Assembly (NCBI GenBank): GCA_963843145.1
Contig: CAWJJC010000022.1
Coordinates: 192,001 to 256,000 of the forward strand
Direction of reading: 5' to 3'
Length of the DNA stretch: 64,000 nt
Origin: an uncultured delta proteobacterium
GTDB lineage: Bacteria > Desulfobacterota > RBG-13-43-22
The notes below the pieces were generated by a model, which did no database searches, was not told the DNA's origin, and was given only the letters and a program-made list of their open reading frames with translations. Positions 47,299-56,434 of the stretch are shown here, piece after piece. Positions within the stretch are counted from its first letter, which is position 1. The number at the start of each line of letters is the position of its first letter. The position numbers were made by a program, and so were the translations under genes.

Positions 47299-49383
47299 TC
47301 AAGCCGGTTTTACGGTTATAAAGGTTTCGTGAAGGGCCGGGCTGCCACCGATCCGGTCGGAGAGGTTCTCCTGCAACACGGCGTCCGAGCAGCCCTTATG
47401 GAAAGCACGGGCGGCCAGGTTGGATTCATGGCCGAAACCATGGAGCATAAAGACCGCCTCCGGATGAATAAGCTCGGTCACCTTGGCCTTGAGTGTGCCC
47501 TCACCGACCTTGGAAGAAACTGTTACCTCCCGGCCGTCCAGAACGCCCAGTTCCTCCGCCTTTTGTTCATTGATCCAGAGCTCATTTTCCGGACAAATCT
47601 CGTTCAGGTAGGGATTATTCTGGGTGGAAAGGTGGGTATGCAGGGCATTGCGCCCCACCACCAGTCTGAACCGGCCCTCCGGCGGTGACGGTATGGGTTC
47701 ATAGGGCGGAAAGGAGGGGAACCCGGCGGTTTCCAGCAAAGAAGATTTGAATTCAATTTTACCGGAAGGGGTTTTGAATTTTATCCCATCTTTCCGATCC
47801 CAGAAAATTTGGTTTTTGGTGTAGGCGACAGAGCCCTTAGCCTCAAAATCCTCCAGGGTGAAACCGGTCCCTTCCAACTGCCAGGCGACCAGTTCCTCCA
47901 TGCTTCCGTAGGGAAAATATTTTCCAATCCCGATCCTTTCCGCGATCTGTTTAAGGATCATGGCCCCCTCCCGGGTATCGTAGCGGGGGAGCACCGCCTG
48001 CCTTCTTAAAAACATCTGCGGTTTCAAGCCATTGGCCTGCTGGACGCAGTCGGTTCGCTCCAGATAGGTGGATTCCGGCAACACCACGTCCGAATACCAG
48101 GCGATGTCGCTGGGGTTGATATCGATGGAGACGATCAATTCCAGTTTGCTCAAGGCTTTTTTGGTCAGGGTCGTATCCGGAATGGATTGAAGCGGATCAA
48201 ACCGAAAGGCGAGGAGCGCCTTGATCGGGTAGGGGTCCTCATTCAAGATTGCCTGGGGCAGCATCTGACCCACCCCGTGATTCGGGTCCGGCAAGGGGAA
48301 ATCCCGAGTGCCCACTTTGTCGAAGCGGGGAACCTCGATTTGGGGGAATTTCTGCTCGGTCAGTTTTCGGGCCGGCTGGCGGTCGACCGCTCCCGGTCCT
48401 TTCTTGAAAAAGAACCCCCCCCGGGCCTCGACACTACCCATCAGCGCGTTGAGCATCATGATGGAACGACGCATATAAATTTCGTTGGTTTGATTGGAGC
48501 CCCGATAACCGAAATGAAAGATAACCGAGGGTTTGTCCTGGCTGACCTCCCGGGCCAGGTCCACAATCTGTTCGGCGGGAATCCCGGTTTCCTTTTCGGC
48601 CCATTCCGGGGTATAGGGATAAATAAAATCCTGCAGTTCGGCCAGTCCCAGCACCCAACGGTCGACATAGGCCGCGTCATAAAGCCGCTCTTTGAGAATC
48701 ACCTGGATCAGGGCGTAATTGAGCGCCAGATCGGTCCCCGGCCGGATCATCCAATACCGGTGAGCCTTGGTGGCGGTAATGGACACCCGGGGATCGATAT
48801 AGGTCAGCCGAGCCCCTTTTCCCAGGGCCTCCATCGTCTGGTTAACCGCCTTGACCTCGATGGCCTCAAAGAGATTCCGGCCGTACAGGACCAGGTGCTT
48901 AGTGTTCTTGTAGTCCAGGCCCATCTGAGCGTCGGTGTACCCGAAAAGGCTACGGCAGGCCGTGTTGATCGAACCCTTGCAGAGGGCGTCATGGGTAAAA
49001 TGGTTCGGAGATTGAATGGCCCGGGCAAAGGTTTTGGTAACATGGGTGGCCAGTTGGGTGCGCTCGCCGAGGATCACACTGTGCCCCCCGTGGGCAGCCA
49101 TGACGGTTTTCAATCTCTCGGCTACATAATCCAGGGCTTGATCCCAGGAGACTTTTTTAAAGTGCCCCGACCCGCGCTCGCCGACCCGCATCAGGGGGTA
49201 CTTGAGCCGCTGATCGTCATAAAGCATGGAGATGCCGGCCGCCCCCCGGGGACACAGGCTTCCTTCCATTCCCGGCACGTGCGGGTTCCCCTCGATCCAT
49301 CGGACTTGCCCGTCCTTGACCAGCACCTTGATGGGGCAACGGACCGAACACATGAAGCACAGGCTATAAATTTCTTTTTCCAT
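47299..49383 (-). CDS. Mo/W-bisPGD oxidoreductase catalytic subunit, PsrA/PhsA-like, without Tat signal
   Basis: CFMCSVRC...LCPRG FS0 site, THDALC putative Cys ligand, IRPGTDLA, DVVLPESTYLER, HTH, HGFGH. Confidence 0.9.
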   Translation of the reverse strand: MEKEIYSLCFMCSVRCPIKVLVKDGQVRWIEGNPHVPGMEGSLCPRGAAGISMLYDDQRLKYPLMRVGERGSGHFKKVSWDQALDYVAERLKTVMAAHGGHSVILGERTQLATHVTKTFARAIQSPNHFTHDALCKGSINTACRSLFGYTDAQMGLDYKNTKHLVLYGRNLFEAIEVKAVNQTMEALGKGARLTYIDPRVSITATKAHRYWMIRPGTDLALNYALIQVILKERLYDAAYVDRWVLGLAELQDFIYPYTPEWAEKETGIPAEQIVDLAREVSQDKPSVIFHFGYRGSNQTNEIYMRRSIMMLNALMGSVEARGGFFFKKGPGAVDRQPARKLTEQKFPQIEVPRFDKVGTRDFPLPDPNHGVGQMLPQAILNEDPYPIKALLAFRFDPLQSIPDTTLTKKALSKLELIVSIDINPSDIAWYSDVVLPESTYLERTDCVQQANGLKPQMFLRRQAVLPRYDTREGAMILKQIAERIGIGKYFPYGSMEELVAWQLEGTGFTLEDFEAKGSVAYTKNQIFWDRKDGIKFKTPSGKIEFKSSLLETAGFPSFPPYEPIPSPPEGRFRLVVGRNALHTHLSTQNNPYLNEICPENELWINEQKAEELGVLDGREVTVSSKVGEGTLKAKVTELIHPEAVFMLHGFGHESNLAARAFHKGCSDAVLQENLSDRIGGSPALHETFITVKPA

Positions 49384-49550
49384 ACCTTCCTCGTCCAGCT
49401 TTCAGATAATCTTTATTGTTATTAAAAAGTTATAGAACTGCTTTTCTTCAAAAGCAAGCGCATTTATTAGCGACGATGGGCCCGAAGGACAGACCCTCTT
49501 TCTCTGAATAACATAAAACCCAGGTGGAATTGTATCTCCTCACCAATCGA

Positions 49551-49979
49551 TTACCAACCCTTATCGGTCATGATTTTCTTGATCTTCTCCTCCGTGGCCT
49601 TTTCCACTAAAATCATTTTCTTAGCCTGGGCCTTCTTGATTTTGTCCGTTAATTCCTGGAGATCCGCCGGCTTTTCCAGGAAATCCATGGCCCCCAATTT
49701 CATGGCCTCAATGCCCTTGGCCACTGTAGCGTGGCCGGTGAGTAAAATCACCTGCACTTCGGGTTTCTTCTGTTTGATGGCTTTCAGGGCCTCCAGGCCG
49801 TCCATCTCCGGCATCTGCAAGTCCAGAATGATGGCGTCAAAGGATCCCTCTTCCGCCATCTTCAGGGCCTCTTTAGCGGAACCGGCAGTGGAAACCTCGA
49901 TATCCCTGGCTTTCATCCGTTCTCCAACGGTCTCCAGAAAATCCTTTTCATCATCAACTAACAACACTTTTTCCGACAT
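49551..49979 (-). CDS. Single-domain response regulator
   Basis: LLVDDE, LDLQMP, LTGH, FLEKP. Confidence 0.93.
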   Translation of the reverse strand: MSEKVLLVDDEKDFLETVGERMKARDIEVSTAGSAKEALKMAEEGSFDAIILDLQMPEMDGLEALKAIKQKKPEVQVILLTGHATVAKGIEAMKLGAMDFLEKPADLQELTDKIKKAQAKKMILVEKATEEKIKKIMTDKGW

Positions 49980-50009
49980 GGGTTCGCTCCTTTCATTGAT
50001 TGAAACCGA

Positions 50010-50669
50010 TTAAACCGTATTCCCCAAAGTCAATTGAATTACTCCAGCCTGGGGATCAAAGCGCAACTCGGCCTTAAGGACTGCGGCCAAGGCTTCTTCC
50101 CTTTCCGTGGGAAAGGAATCCAAGGAATTATAATCAATCTCTTTAGAGCCGGTGAAGGTTATTTCTATCTGGTTAACCTTTTTGTGTGCGCCGATCAAAA
50201 TTTTTTTCTCTTTTCCCGCTGTCTTGAGGGCCTGATCCAGACAACACCAGATCAGATTTTCCAGGAAAAAGGGCCAGGTTAATAAGGAAATGGGCCCTGT
50301 GGCCGGAACGGCCTCCAGGGCCACCCCTTTTTGCGAAGCGTAGCGCTGGGCCAGTGCCAGGGTTAATTCCACCACCTCCCAAACCTCAACCACCATTTCC
50401 GGCTCATCGATGCTGTGGGCAAAGCGGTTAACATTTTTCATAATCCCGTCGGCCCGCTGGACCTGAGCCCGGATTCTTCCCGGCAACGAATTAAAAAGTT
50501 CCTGATTGAAGGGCTTTCCTTTGGCGGCCATCAGGATAAAATCATCCAATAGTCCCGCACTTTCGTTGATAATGGCCAAGACATTTTTTATTTCGTGCGA
50601 AACGGAGGCCGTCACCTTCCCGAAAAATTTCAAACCTTCCGGGCCGACCGTGTCCCAGGAACCGGCCAT
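50010..50669 (-). CDS. HisKA protein with degenerate ATPase domain (probable phosphotransferase)
   Basis: H-box ASVSHEIKNVLAIINE intact; no recognisable N-box Asn or DxGxG/G2 boxes; no sensor. Confidence 0.7.
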   Translation of the reverse strand: MAGSWDTVGPEGLKFFGKVTASVSHEIKNVLAIINESAGLLDDFILMAAKGKPFNQELFNSLPGRIRAQVQRADGIMKNVNRFAHSIDEPEMVVEVWEVVELTLALAQRYASQKGVALEAVPATGPISLLTWPFFLENLIWCCLDQALKTAGKEKKILIGAHKKVNQIEITFTGSKEIDYNSLDSFPTEREEALAAVLKAELRFDPQAGVIQLTLGNTV

Positions 50670-51040
50670 CAGTTTTCCCCTTTCCGATTGAGGAGGGTAT
50701 TCATTTTATCGATCAAGACCTGGATATCAATCGGTTTCACCAGGTAATAGTCCTCACCGGCCTCGGCCGTTCCCTTCCGGAAATCCTCTTCAGAGCCGTG
50801 GCCGGTGATAAAAATAAATTTCATCTGCGGATATCTTTCCTCCAATTTTCTTTTGAGGGAAAAACCGCTGATTTTGGGGATTTTAATATCCAGCAGGGCC
50901 ACATCATAGGATTTTTCTTCGACCTGTTTCAAGGCCGCTTCGCCGCTGGTGACCCAATCGGCTTCAATCCCTCTAAGATTCAATCGTTCCGCCAGAGTGG
51001 AGACCAGTTCCAATTCGTCGTCAACCAGTAGTACCCGCAT
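50669..51040 (-). CDS. Single-domain response regulator
   Basis: LLVDDE, LDIKIP, ITGHGS, YLVKP. Confidence 0.92.
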   Translation of the reverse strand: MRVLLVDDELELVSTLAERLNLRGIEADWVTSGEAALKQVEEKSYDVALLDIKIPKISGFSLKRKLEERYPQMKFIFITGHGSEEDFRKGTAEAGEDYYLVKPIDIQVLIDKMNTLLNRKGEN

Positions 51041-52775
51041 GGTGTTCTCCTTTTTTTTTCGGATGCAGCGGCAAGGTAATGAAAAAGGCGGTCCCCTTCC
51101 CTACTTTGCTCTGGACGAAAATTTGGCCGCCCAACTCCTGAACCAGGCCGTAGGTGACGGAGAGCCCCAGACCGGTACCTCCGCTCTGGGCCTTGGTGGT
51201 AAAAAAGGGTTCAAAGATACGCTTAATATCTTCTTCCGGGATTCCGCGGCCCGTATCGGCAATGCGAATGACAACGGAATCCGGATCTTTTTTTTGAATG
51301 GTGATCTCCAGACGGCCTCCGTCGCTCAAGGCGGCAAAGGCATTATTGATGATGTTGAGAAAAATCTGTTGCAACTTCCCCCGGTCGCTCTCAAAGGGGG
51401 GGACCCGGTCCAGCACTATTACGGAGATGTCAATACTCCGGTATTCCGCTTCCTTGCCGAGAAAGCCCAGGACCTCTTTAATGACTTCTTCCACTTCAAT
51501 CGACGACAGTCCGACCTCCATATGGCGGGCGAAACCAAGCATACGCCGGGTGATGGTAGAACAGCGCTCCACGGAGGAAAGAATGGAATCAATCAAACTC
51601 ATCAACCGGGGATTTTGGGTATATTCCTGCTTCAGGGCGAATAAGTCTTTAATCAACCCGGCTTTTTCATTAATAATGGCCAGGGGATTATTGATTTCAT
51701 GGGCCACCCCGGCAGCCAGTCGGCCGATAGAGGCCAGTTTGTTGGAATATTCGACCTTATGCAGGGTGGCCACCCGCCTTTGATCAGCCAGAAAGGTTCG
51801 GTTAACCAGATAAGTCGCCACCCCTAATATGACCAGGATTATCAAAAGGGAACTGAGCGCCAGGAAACCCAGCAACTCCGTCCGGGTTCGATACCAGCTT
51901 TTCATGAGCTGTTCTTTATGTTTGGCCACCATCAGGATAAAAGGGGTATCGGAGAGGTAGGCATAGCCGATGATGAGGGGTATTCCCGCCGGATCGCTTA
52001 TCTCCAGCACTTCGGTTTTTTTTGAAAAGGCGGGGACCGGCAAGGCGATCCGGGTCAGAATTTTTCCCTGAGAGGTGGAGGGCGTTTGAAGAATTCCTTT
52101 CCGGTTGATCAGAAAGGCATCCCCCAGCCCGCTGATCTCCAGATTCGATAACAGATTGTTAAAGCGTTCGGTATCCAAAGTGGCTCGAAGGATATAAAAT
52201 GATCCCCCGGGCAGGTCATGTTTTACCGCAATAACCAGATGGGGTAAATTGCGGAATCCTAAAAAGACGTCACTGATATAAATTCCCCGTTCAAGTACTT
52301 CTTTGAACCAACCCTGATCCCTGTAGTTCTTGCCTTCCAGCGGATAAGGGCCGATATAGGTCTTTTGCTCTCCGGCAGCGTCAATGATTCCCAGGTCTAT
52401 AAATCCCCCCACCCCGACCTTCTTCAGATTGGACAGCAGCCTTTGCAGCCTTTGAGGGTTGCTGAGGGCCTCCAGCGTATTGTCCTGGGCAATAAAGTCC
52501 AGAGCGGCTTTTCTTTCCTCCAGGAAATAGGATATCGATCGACGGGTATTGGAAGCCAGCCGGGAGGTTCGCAGCAGGATTTCCGATTCTATCGATTTTT
52601 GAGTGACCTGGTAATCGATGATGGCTAAAGAAAAAAGAGGAATCAGCGCAACGCTGGCGGTTAAGGCCACCGCTTGTATCCAGATCCGGCGAAAATTGAA
52701 CAAGTGGGGATAGGGGCCGGCGGCCACATCCAGGTGATCCCAAAATTTTGGTTTTATTTTATTCCAAAAGGTCAT
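51021..52775 (-). CDS. Membrane sensor histidine kinase with Cache-like domain
   Basis: 2 TM; YISDVFLG; AHEINNPL, QIFLNIINNA, DTGRG, FEPFFTTK, GTGLGL; likely start MTFWN at 52775. Confidence 0.92.
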   Translation of the reverse strand: MTFWNKIKPKFWDHLDVAAGPYPHLFNFRRIWIQAVALTASVALIPLFSLAIIDYQVTQKSIESEILLRTSRLASNTRRSISYFLEERKAALDFIAQDNTLEALSNPQRLQRLLSNLKKVGVGGFIDLGIIDAAGEQKTYIGPYPLEGKNYRDQGWFKEVLERGIYISDVFLGFRNLPHLVIAVKHDLPGGSFYILRATLDTERFNNLLSNLEISGLGDAFLINRKGILQTPSTSQGKILTRIALPVPAFSKKTEVLEISDPAGIPLIIGYAYLSDTPFILMVAKHKEQLMKSWYRTRTELLGFLALSSLLIILVILGVATYLVNRTFLADQRRVATLHKVEYSNKLASIGRLAAGVAHEINNPLAIINEKAGLIKDLFALKQEYTQNPRLMSLIDSILSSVERCSTITRRMLGFARHMEVGLSSIEVEEVIKEVLGFLGKEAEYRSIDISVIVLDRVPPFESDRGKLQQIFLNIINNAFAALSDGGRLEITIQKKDPDSVVIRIADTGRGIPEEDIKRIFEPFFTTKAQSGGTGLGLSVTYGLVQELGGQIFVQSKVGKGTAFFITLPLHPKKKGEHHAGTTG

Positions 52776-52940
52776 TTGATAACCTTGCAAAAAGTCAAAT
52801 AACGACTTTCTGCTCGGCGGGGGATCACGCCTTAGGCGTGACTCCCCCGCCAGTTGAAATGAATTCAAATGGTCCCACGCCCACCCCAGCCCGGCGCTTA
52901 ACCCCGCCGGAGGCGGGGCGGACTTTTTGTGAGTCCGTCA
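52776..52940. mobile_element. MITE/REP-like intergenic element with terminal inverted repeats
   Basis: Left TGATAACCTTGCAAAAAGTC versus right GACTTTTTGTGAGTCCGTCA; internal palindromes CACGCCTTAGGCGTG and CCCCGCCGGAGGCGGGG. Confidence 0.6.
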
Positions 52941-54152
52941 GCGCTGCCTCTGGATTTTCTCATTCGCCTGTTTGATGGTTTCGCTCAACAGATCCACATC
53001 CACCGGCTTTTGAAGATAGGCAAAGGCCCCCAAACTCAGACAGATCTCCTTATCCGTCTCCGACCCATGGCCGGTGAGAATGATGACTTCTATCAGCGGA
53101 TGGGTCTGTTTCACCCTTTTCAAGACTTCCATCCCATCGATGCCGGGCATTTTGAGATCCAAAATCATCACCTCGGGTTCATCTTCCCGGACCATACTCA
53201 GCGCCATTTCCCCGTCATAAGCTACCGCCGAGCCCATCTCCCGCAGCAGCAATCGCTCGGAAAGGGTTTGGACAAACTCCCGCTCATCATCCACCAGGAG
53301 TACTTTGGAGGGAATATCAAAATCGAATTTCCGGTAAATGTCGGACTGATGAAATTCCTGGCCCACTTTGGTCTCCACGGCAGTGACTCCCGGGATGCGG
53401 ACGGCGATGGATTTCAATTCCTCCTCCAAACGGCTCAACATTAAAACATGTTTATTGATGGTTAAAGTGATTTCCCCGCCCCGGGCTTCCACCTTGACCT
53501 GGTGCCCTTCCTTGGCCAAGGCTACTTCGACCTGGGCCGCCAAGGAAAAATCATCCACAGCCTTTCGGGAAGCCGCGCTGGGTTGAAGGATGTCTTTGGC
53601 TAAATTTTTCTCCACCAAGGCCAGGATTTCTTCCAGGTTCAGCTTGTCGGTGGGAATAATCATGTCATACAAGGAGGGGTCCCAAGGATCTTTTCGGCCG
53701 AATAAGGCCGCGACCCAGGCGGCGCAATCTTCGTCCTTCCGGTGAATTATTTTAAGGGCTTCCTGGGTGGAGAGAACTAAATCTTTTTGGGCGGCCGCCA
53801 CCCGGTTTTTCATGTCGGCAATCAGACAGATCCGCAGGGCATGGGATATCCTTTTAGGAACCAGTAAGCTGACCAGACCCTGTATCAGCAGGTTATCTTC
53901 CCGCAGCATTTCGGACATAACCATTTTAAGGTAGGCGATGGCCCGTTCCTTTTCGTGGGTGAATTGATTAAAAACCGAGGTTTTGGCCGAAAAAGCCCGT
54001 TCGATTTTGTTATCCGGCAAACCCGAAGCCTTTTTGGCCCGGGAAACAATATTGGTGTCCGACAAATGCCGGTATCCGGTTTTTTCCATCAACCGGGAGA
54101 CAACCTGATCTTCCCGACAATAGGTCCCGCTGAAGACGGTAATGATCGGCAT
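52938..54152 (-). CDS. Cytidylate-kinase-like domain plus small alpha/beta domain plus C-terminal receiver
   Basis: MPIITVFSGTYC, LRICLIA, DPSLYDMII; C-terminal VLLVDDE..LDLKMP..LTGHGS..LQKP. Confidence 0.85.
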   Translation of the reverse strand: MPIITVFSGTYCREDQVVSRLMEKTGYRHLSDTNIVSRAKKASGLPDNKIERAFSAKTSVFNQFTHEKERAIAYLKMVMSEMLREDNLLIQGLVSLLVPKRISHALRICLIADMKNRVAAAQKDLVLSTQEALKIIHRKDEDCAAWVAALFGRKDPWDPSLYDMIIPTDKLNLEEILALVEKNLAKDILQPSAASRKAVDDFSLAAQVEVALAKEGHQVKVEARGGEITLTINKHVLMLSRLEEELKSIAVRIPGVTAVETKVGQEFHQSDIYRKFDFDIPSKVLLVDDEREFVQTLSERLLLREMGSAVAYDGEMALSMVREDEPEVMILDLKMPGIDGMEVLKRVKQTHPLIEVIILTGHGSETDKEICLSLGAFAYLQKPVDVDLLSETIKQANEKIQRQR

Positions 54153-54310
54153 GGCAACCCCCTTATCTTTTACGCTAACCCCAGCCCAAAAAAATGTCAT
54201 TTTTTTGGCTGAAATAAAAACCACCTTAAAAGATTTAGAAAAATGTTTTCTATATTAGATTTTTACATCCATTGTTAGAGACAAAATCTCAAAACAATGG
54301 ATGTAAAAAT

Positions 54311-56434
54311 CTAAAGGTGACAAACCGCTAAGAGCGGACAATTCGTTTCTTCTTCCCCTTTATGGGTCAGGGGATAAATAGCACTAAGGGCCTGTTCCAT
54401 GGTCGGGTAAAAATGGTCTTCTCCGATTTTTTCCGGGAAATGGGTCCTCATCAGCACCTTCAACACGGTCTCGTTCACTCCGCTCAAGGAGAGATCCAAG
54501 CCGGCGCTGCGAATACGGTCCACCAGTAAGGATAGCGTTTCTTCCCCGGAGGCGTCAATATCATTGATGCCGTTGCAGACCAGGACCAGGTGTTTTAAGT
54601 TTTTCTTTTTCCGCATGAGGTCCATGATCTTGTCTTCCAGGTAGCTGGAGTTGGCAAAAAACAAGGGTCCCTCAAAACGGATCATGGCCAGATATTCACA
54701 TTCCTTCAAGCTATGGGTATCGGCACAACGCAGCGATTGGTCCTCATGCCGAGAGAGGGCGGCCAGCTTGGGCCGCATGCTCTTATAAAGGAAAACCAGA
54801 AGCGAAAGGACCACCCCCACCATAATGCCCTTGTCCAGATGGGGGGCAAAGGCCAGGGTGCAGAGGAAGGTAATGATGGAGATGAGCCCGTCATACCACT
54901 GGGCCTTCCAGGCGTGGACAAACCCGGAAACATTAATCAATCCGATGACGGCCATCATGATCACCGCCGCCAGTACCGACTGAGGCAGATGATAGAGCAA
55001 GGGGGTGAAAAAAAGCAAGACAATCACCACGGCCACGCTGGTAAAGGCGCTGGAAAGCCCGGTCAGGGCTCCAGCCTGCAGGTTGACGGCCGACCTGGAA
55101 AAGGAGCCGGAAACGGGATAGCTCTTGCCGACCGCCCCCACCAGGTTGGCCAAGCCCTGGCCGATCAATTCCTGGTTGGGGTCCAGGCGCTGCCCGGTTT
55201 TTCCGGCCATGGCCTTGGCGATCGAAATCGCCTCCATAAAACCTAACAGGGAAATAATGGCGGCAAAGGGCAAGAGATGCAAAAATACGCCGAGCTCCAC
55301 TGGAGGAACGGTAAAGGAGGGCAATCCCCGGGGGACCACTCCCACCACGGCGCCTCCTCCCATGACCAGGATTTTATCCTCGGGGATCGGTTTGTTCCCC
55401 ACCCGGATTCGCCAAATCCGACCGTCTCCCCGAAGTCCGGGAGGCCGCTCTGCTTTCAGATAGAAGGCCGAAGATCCATCCGCCCGGACCACATGCTCCA
55501 AAATCAAATTTCTGATATTCTGCCGCAATATTTGGGCCTGGAGCTTTTGTTCATCTATGTTCATGGCCAGGATATTTTGGGCATGTTCCGCCTGAAGCAA
55601 CCCCAATTTTTGGTGATTTTTTTTGGCTTCCTCCCTGGCCCGATTTAATTCGGTTCGTTTCGTTCCCAGGGTCGTAATCTCCCCGGTAACAAGGTTGAAT
55701 TGACGGATCAGTTCCTGGACCTGAGGGGAGCCTATTCGGGACAAATCCACTCGAAGGTTATGTTCCAGGCCAAAAGCCGCGGCCAACACCGTGGTAATCA
55801 CCACCGCCACCAGTACATTCGGGACCTTGGGCGCCAGCCTTTTCAGCCCGTACATGATGGCAAAGGCCAAAACCCCCATGAAAAATGTCGGCCAATAGGT
55901 GAATTGGTAAGCGGCCTGGACGACCCGCATGATGGTCTGGTAGTGGTGGTCGGCCGTATCCACTTCGACCCCGAACATCTTGGACAACTGGGAAGTGGCG
56001 ATAATAATCGCCGCGGCATTGGTAAACCCATTGACTACCGGGTGGGATAAGAAATTTACCACGAGGCCCAAGCGGAGGACGCCCAAGAGCAACTGGAAAA
56101 CGCCGACCACCAGGGCCAGCAGGATGGCATAGGCGATATAGGTATCCCCGCCGGCCGTGGCCAACGGCCCCAGAGAGGCGGCCGTCAGCAGAGAAACGAC
56201 GGCCACCGGGCCGGTGGCCAACTGACGGCTGGACCCGAACAGGGCGGCGATCATGGGGGGCAAAAAGGCCGCGTATAAACCATAATAACTCGGCAGGCCG
56301 GCCAACTGGGCGTAGGCCATGGATTGAGGGATGAGTACCAGGGCTACCGTCAATCCGGCCAGGGCATCGGCCCGCAAGCTATCCAGTCGATACCCTTTAA
56401 CCCAGCTCAAAAAGGGGAAAATACGGTATAACAT
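54311..56434 (-). CDS. SulP/SLC26 anion transporter with STAS domain and large insertion
   Basis: DALAGLTVALVLIPQSMAYA, GSSRQLATGP, NQELIGQG, SGSFSRSA, LFFAN, IDASG. Confidence 0.95.
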   Translation of the reverse strand: MLYRIFPFLSWVKGYRLDSLRADALAGLTVALVLIPQSMAYAQLAGLPSYYGLYAAFLPPMIAALFGSSRQLATGPVAVVSLLTAASLGPLATAGGDTYIAYAILLALVVGVFQLLLGVLRLGLVVNFLSHPVVNGFTNAAAIIIATSQLSKMFGVEVDTADHHYQTIMRVVQAAYQFTYWPTFFMGVLAFAIMYGLKRLAPKVPNVLVAVVITTVLAAAFGLEHNLRVDLSRIGSPQVQELIRQFNLVTGEITTLGTKRTELNRAREEAKKNHQKLGLLQAEHAQNILAMNIDEQKLQAQILRQNIRNLILEHVVRADGSSAFYLKAERPPGLRGDGRIWRIRVGNKPIPEDKILVMGGGAVVGVVPRGLPSFTVPPVELGVFLHLLPFAAIISLLGFMEAISIAKAMAGKTGQRLDPNQELIGQGLANLVGAVGKSYPVSGSFSRSAVNLQAGALTGLSSAFTSVAVVIVLLFFTPLLYHLPQSVLAAVIMMAVIGLINVSGFVHAWKAQWYDGLISIITFLCTLAFAPHLDKGIMVGVVLSLLVFLYKSMRPKLAALSRHEDQSLRCADTHSLKECEYLAMIRFEGPLFFANSSYLEDKIMDLMRKKKNLKHLVLVCNGINDIDASGEETLSLLVDRIRSAGLDLSLSGVNETVLKVLMRTHFPEKIGEDHFYPTMEQALSAIYPLTHKGEEETNCPLLAVCHL

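Noticed and set aside
43674-49383. Selenocysteine recoding in the redox genes
   Set aside because: ORFs are uninterrupted, with Cys at the expected ligand positions
48187-49425. 412-aa plus-strand ORF (and similar long antisense ORFs at 3235, 10717, 41513 and 50949)
   Set aside because: Shadow frames antisense to well-supported genes; no motifs
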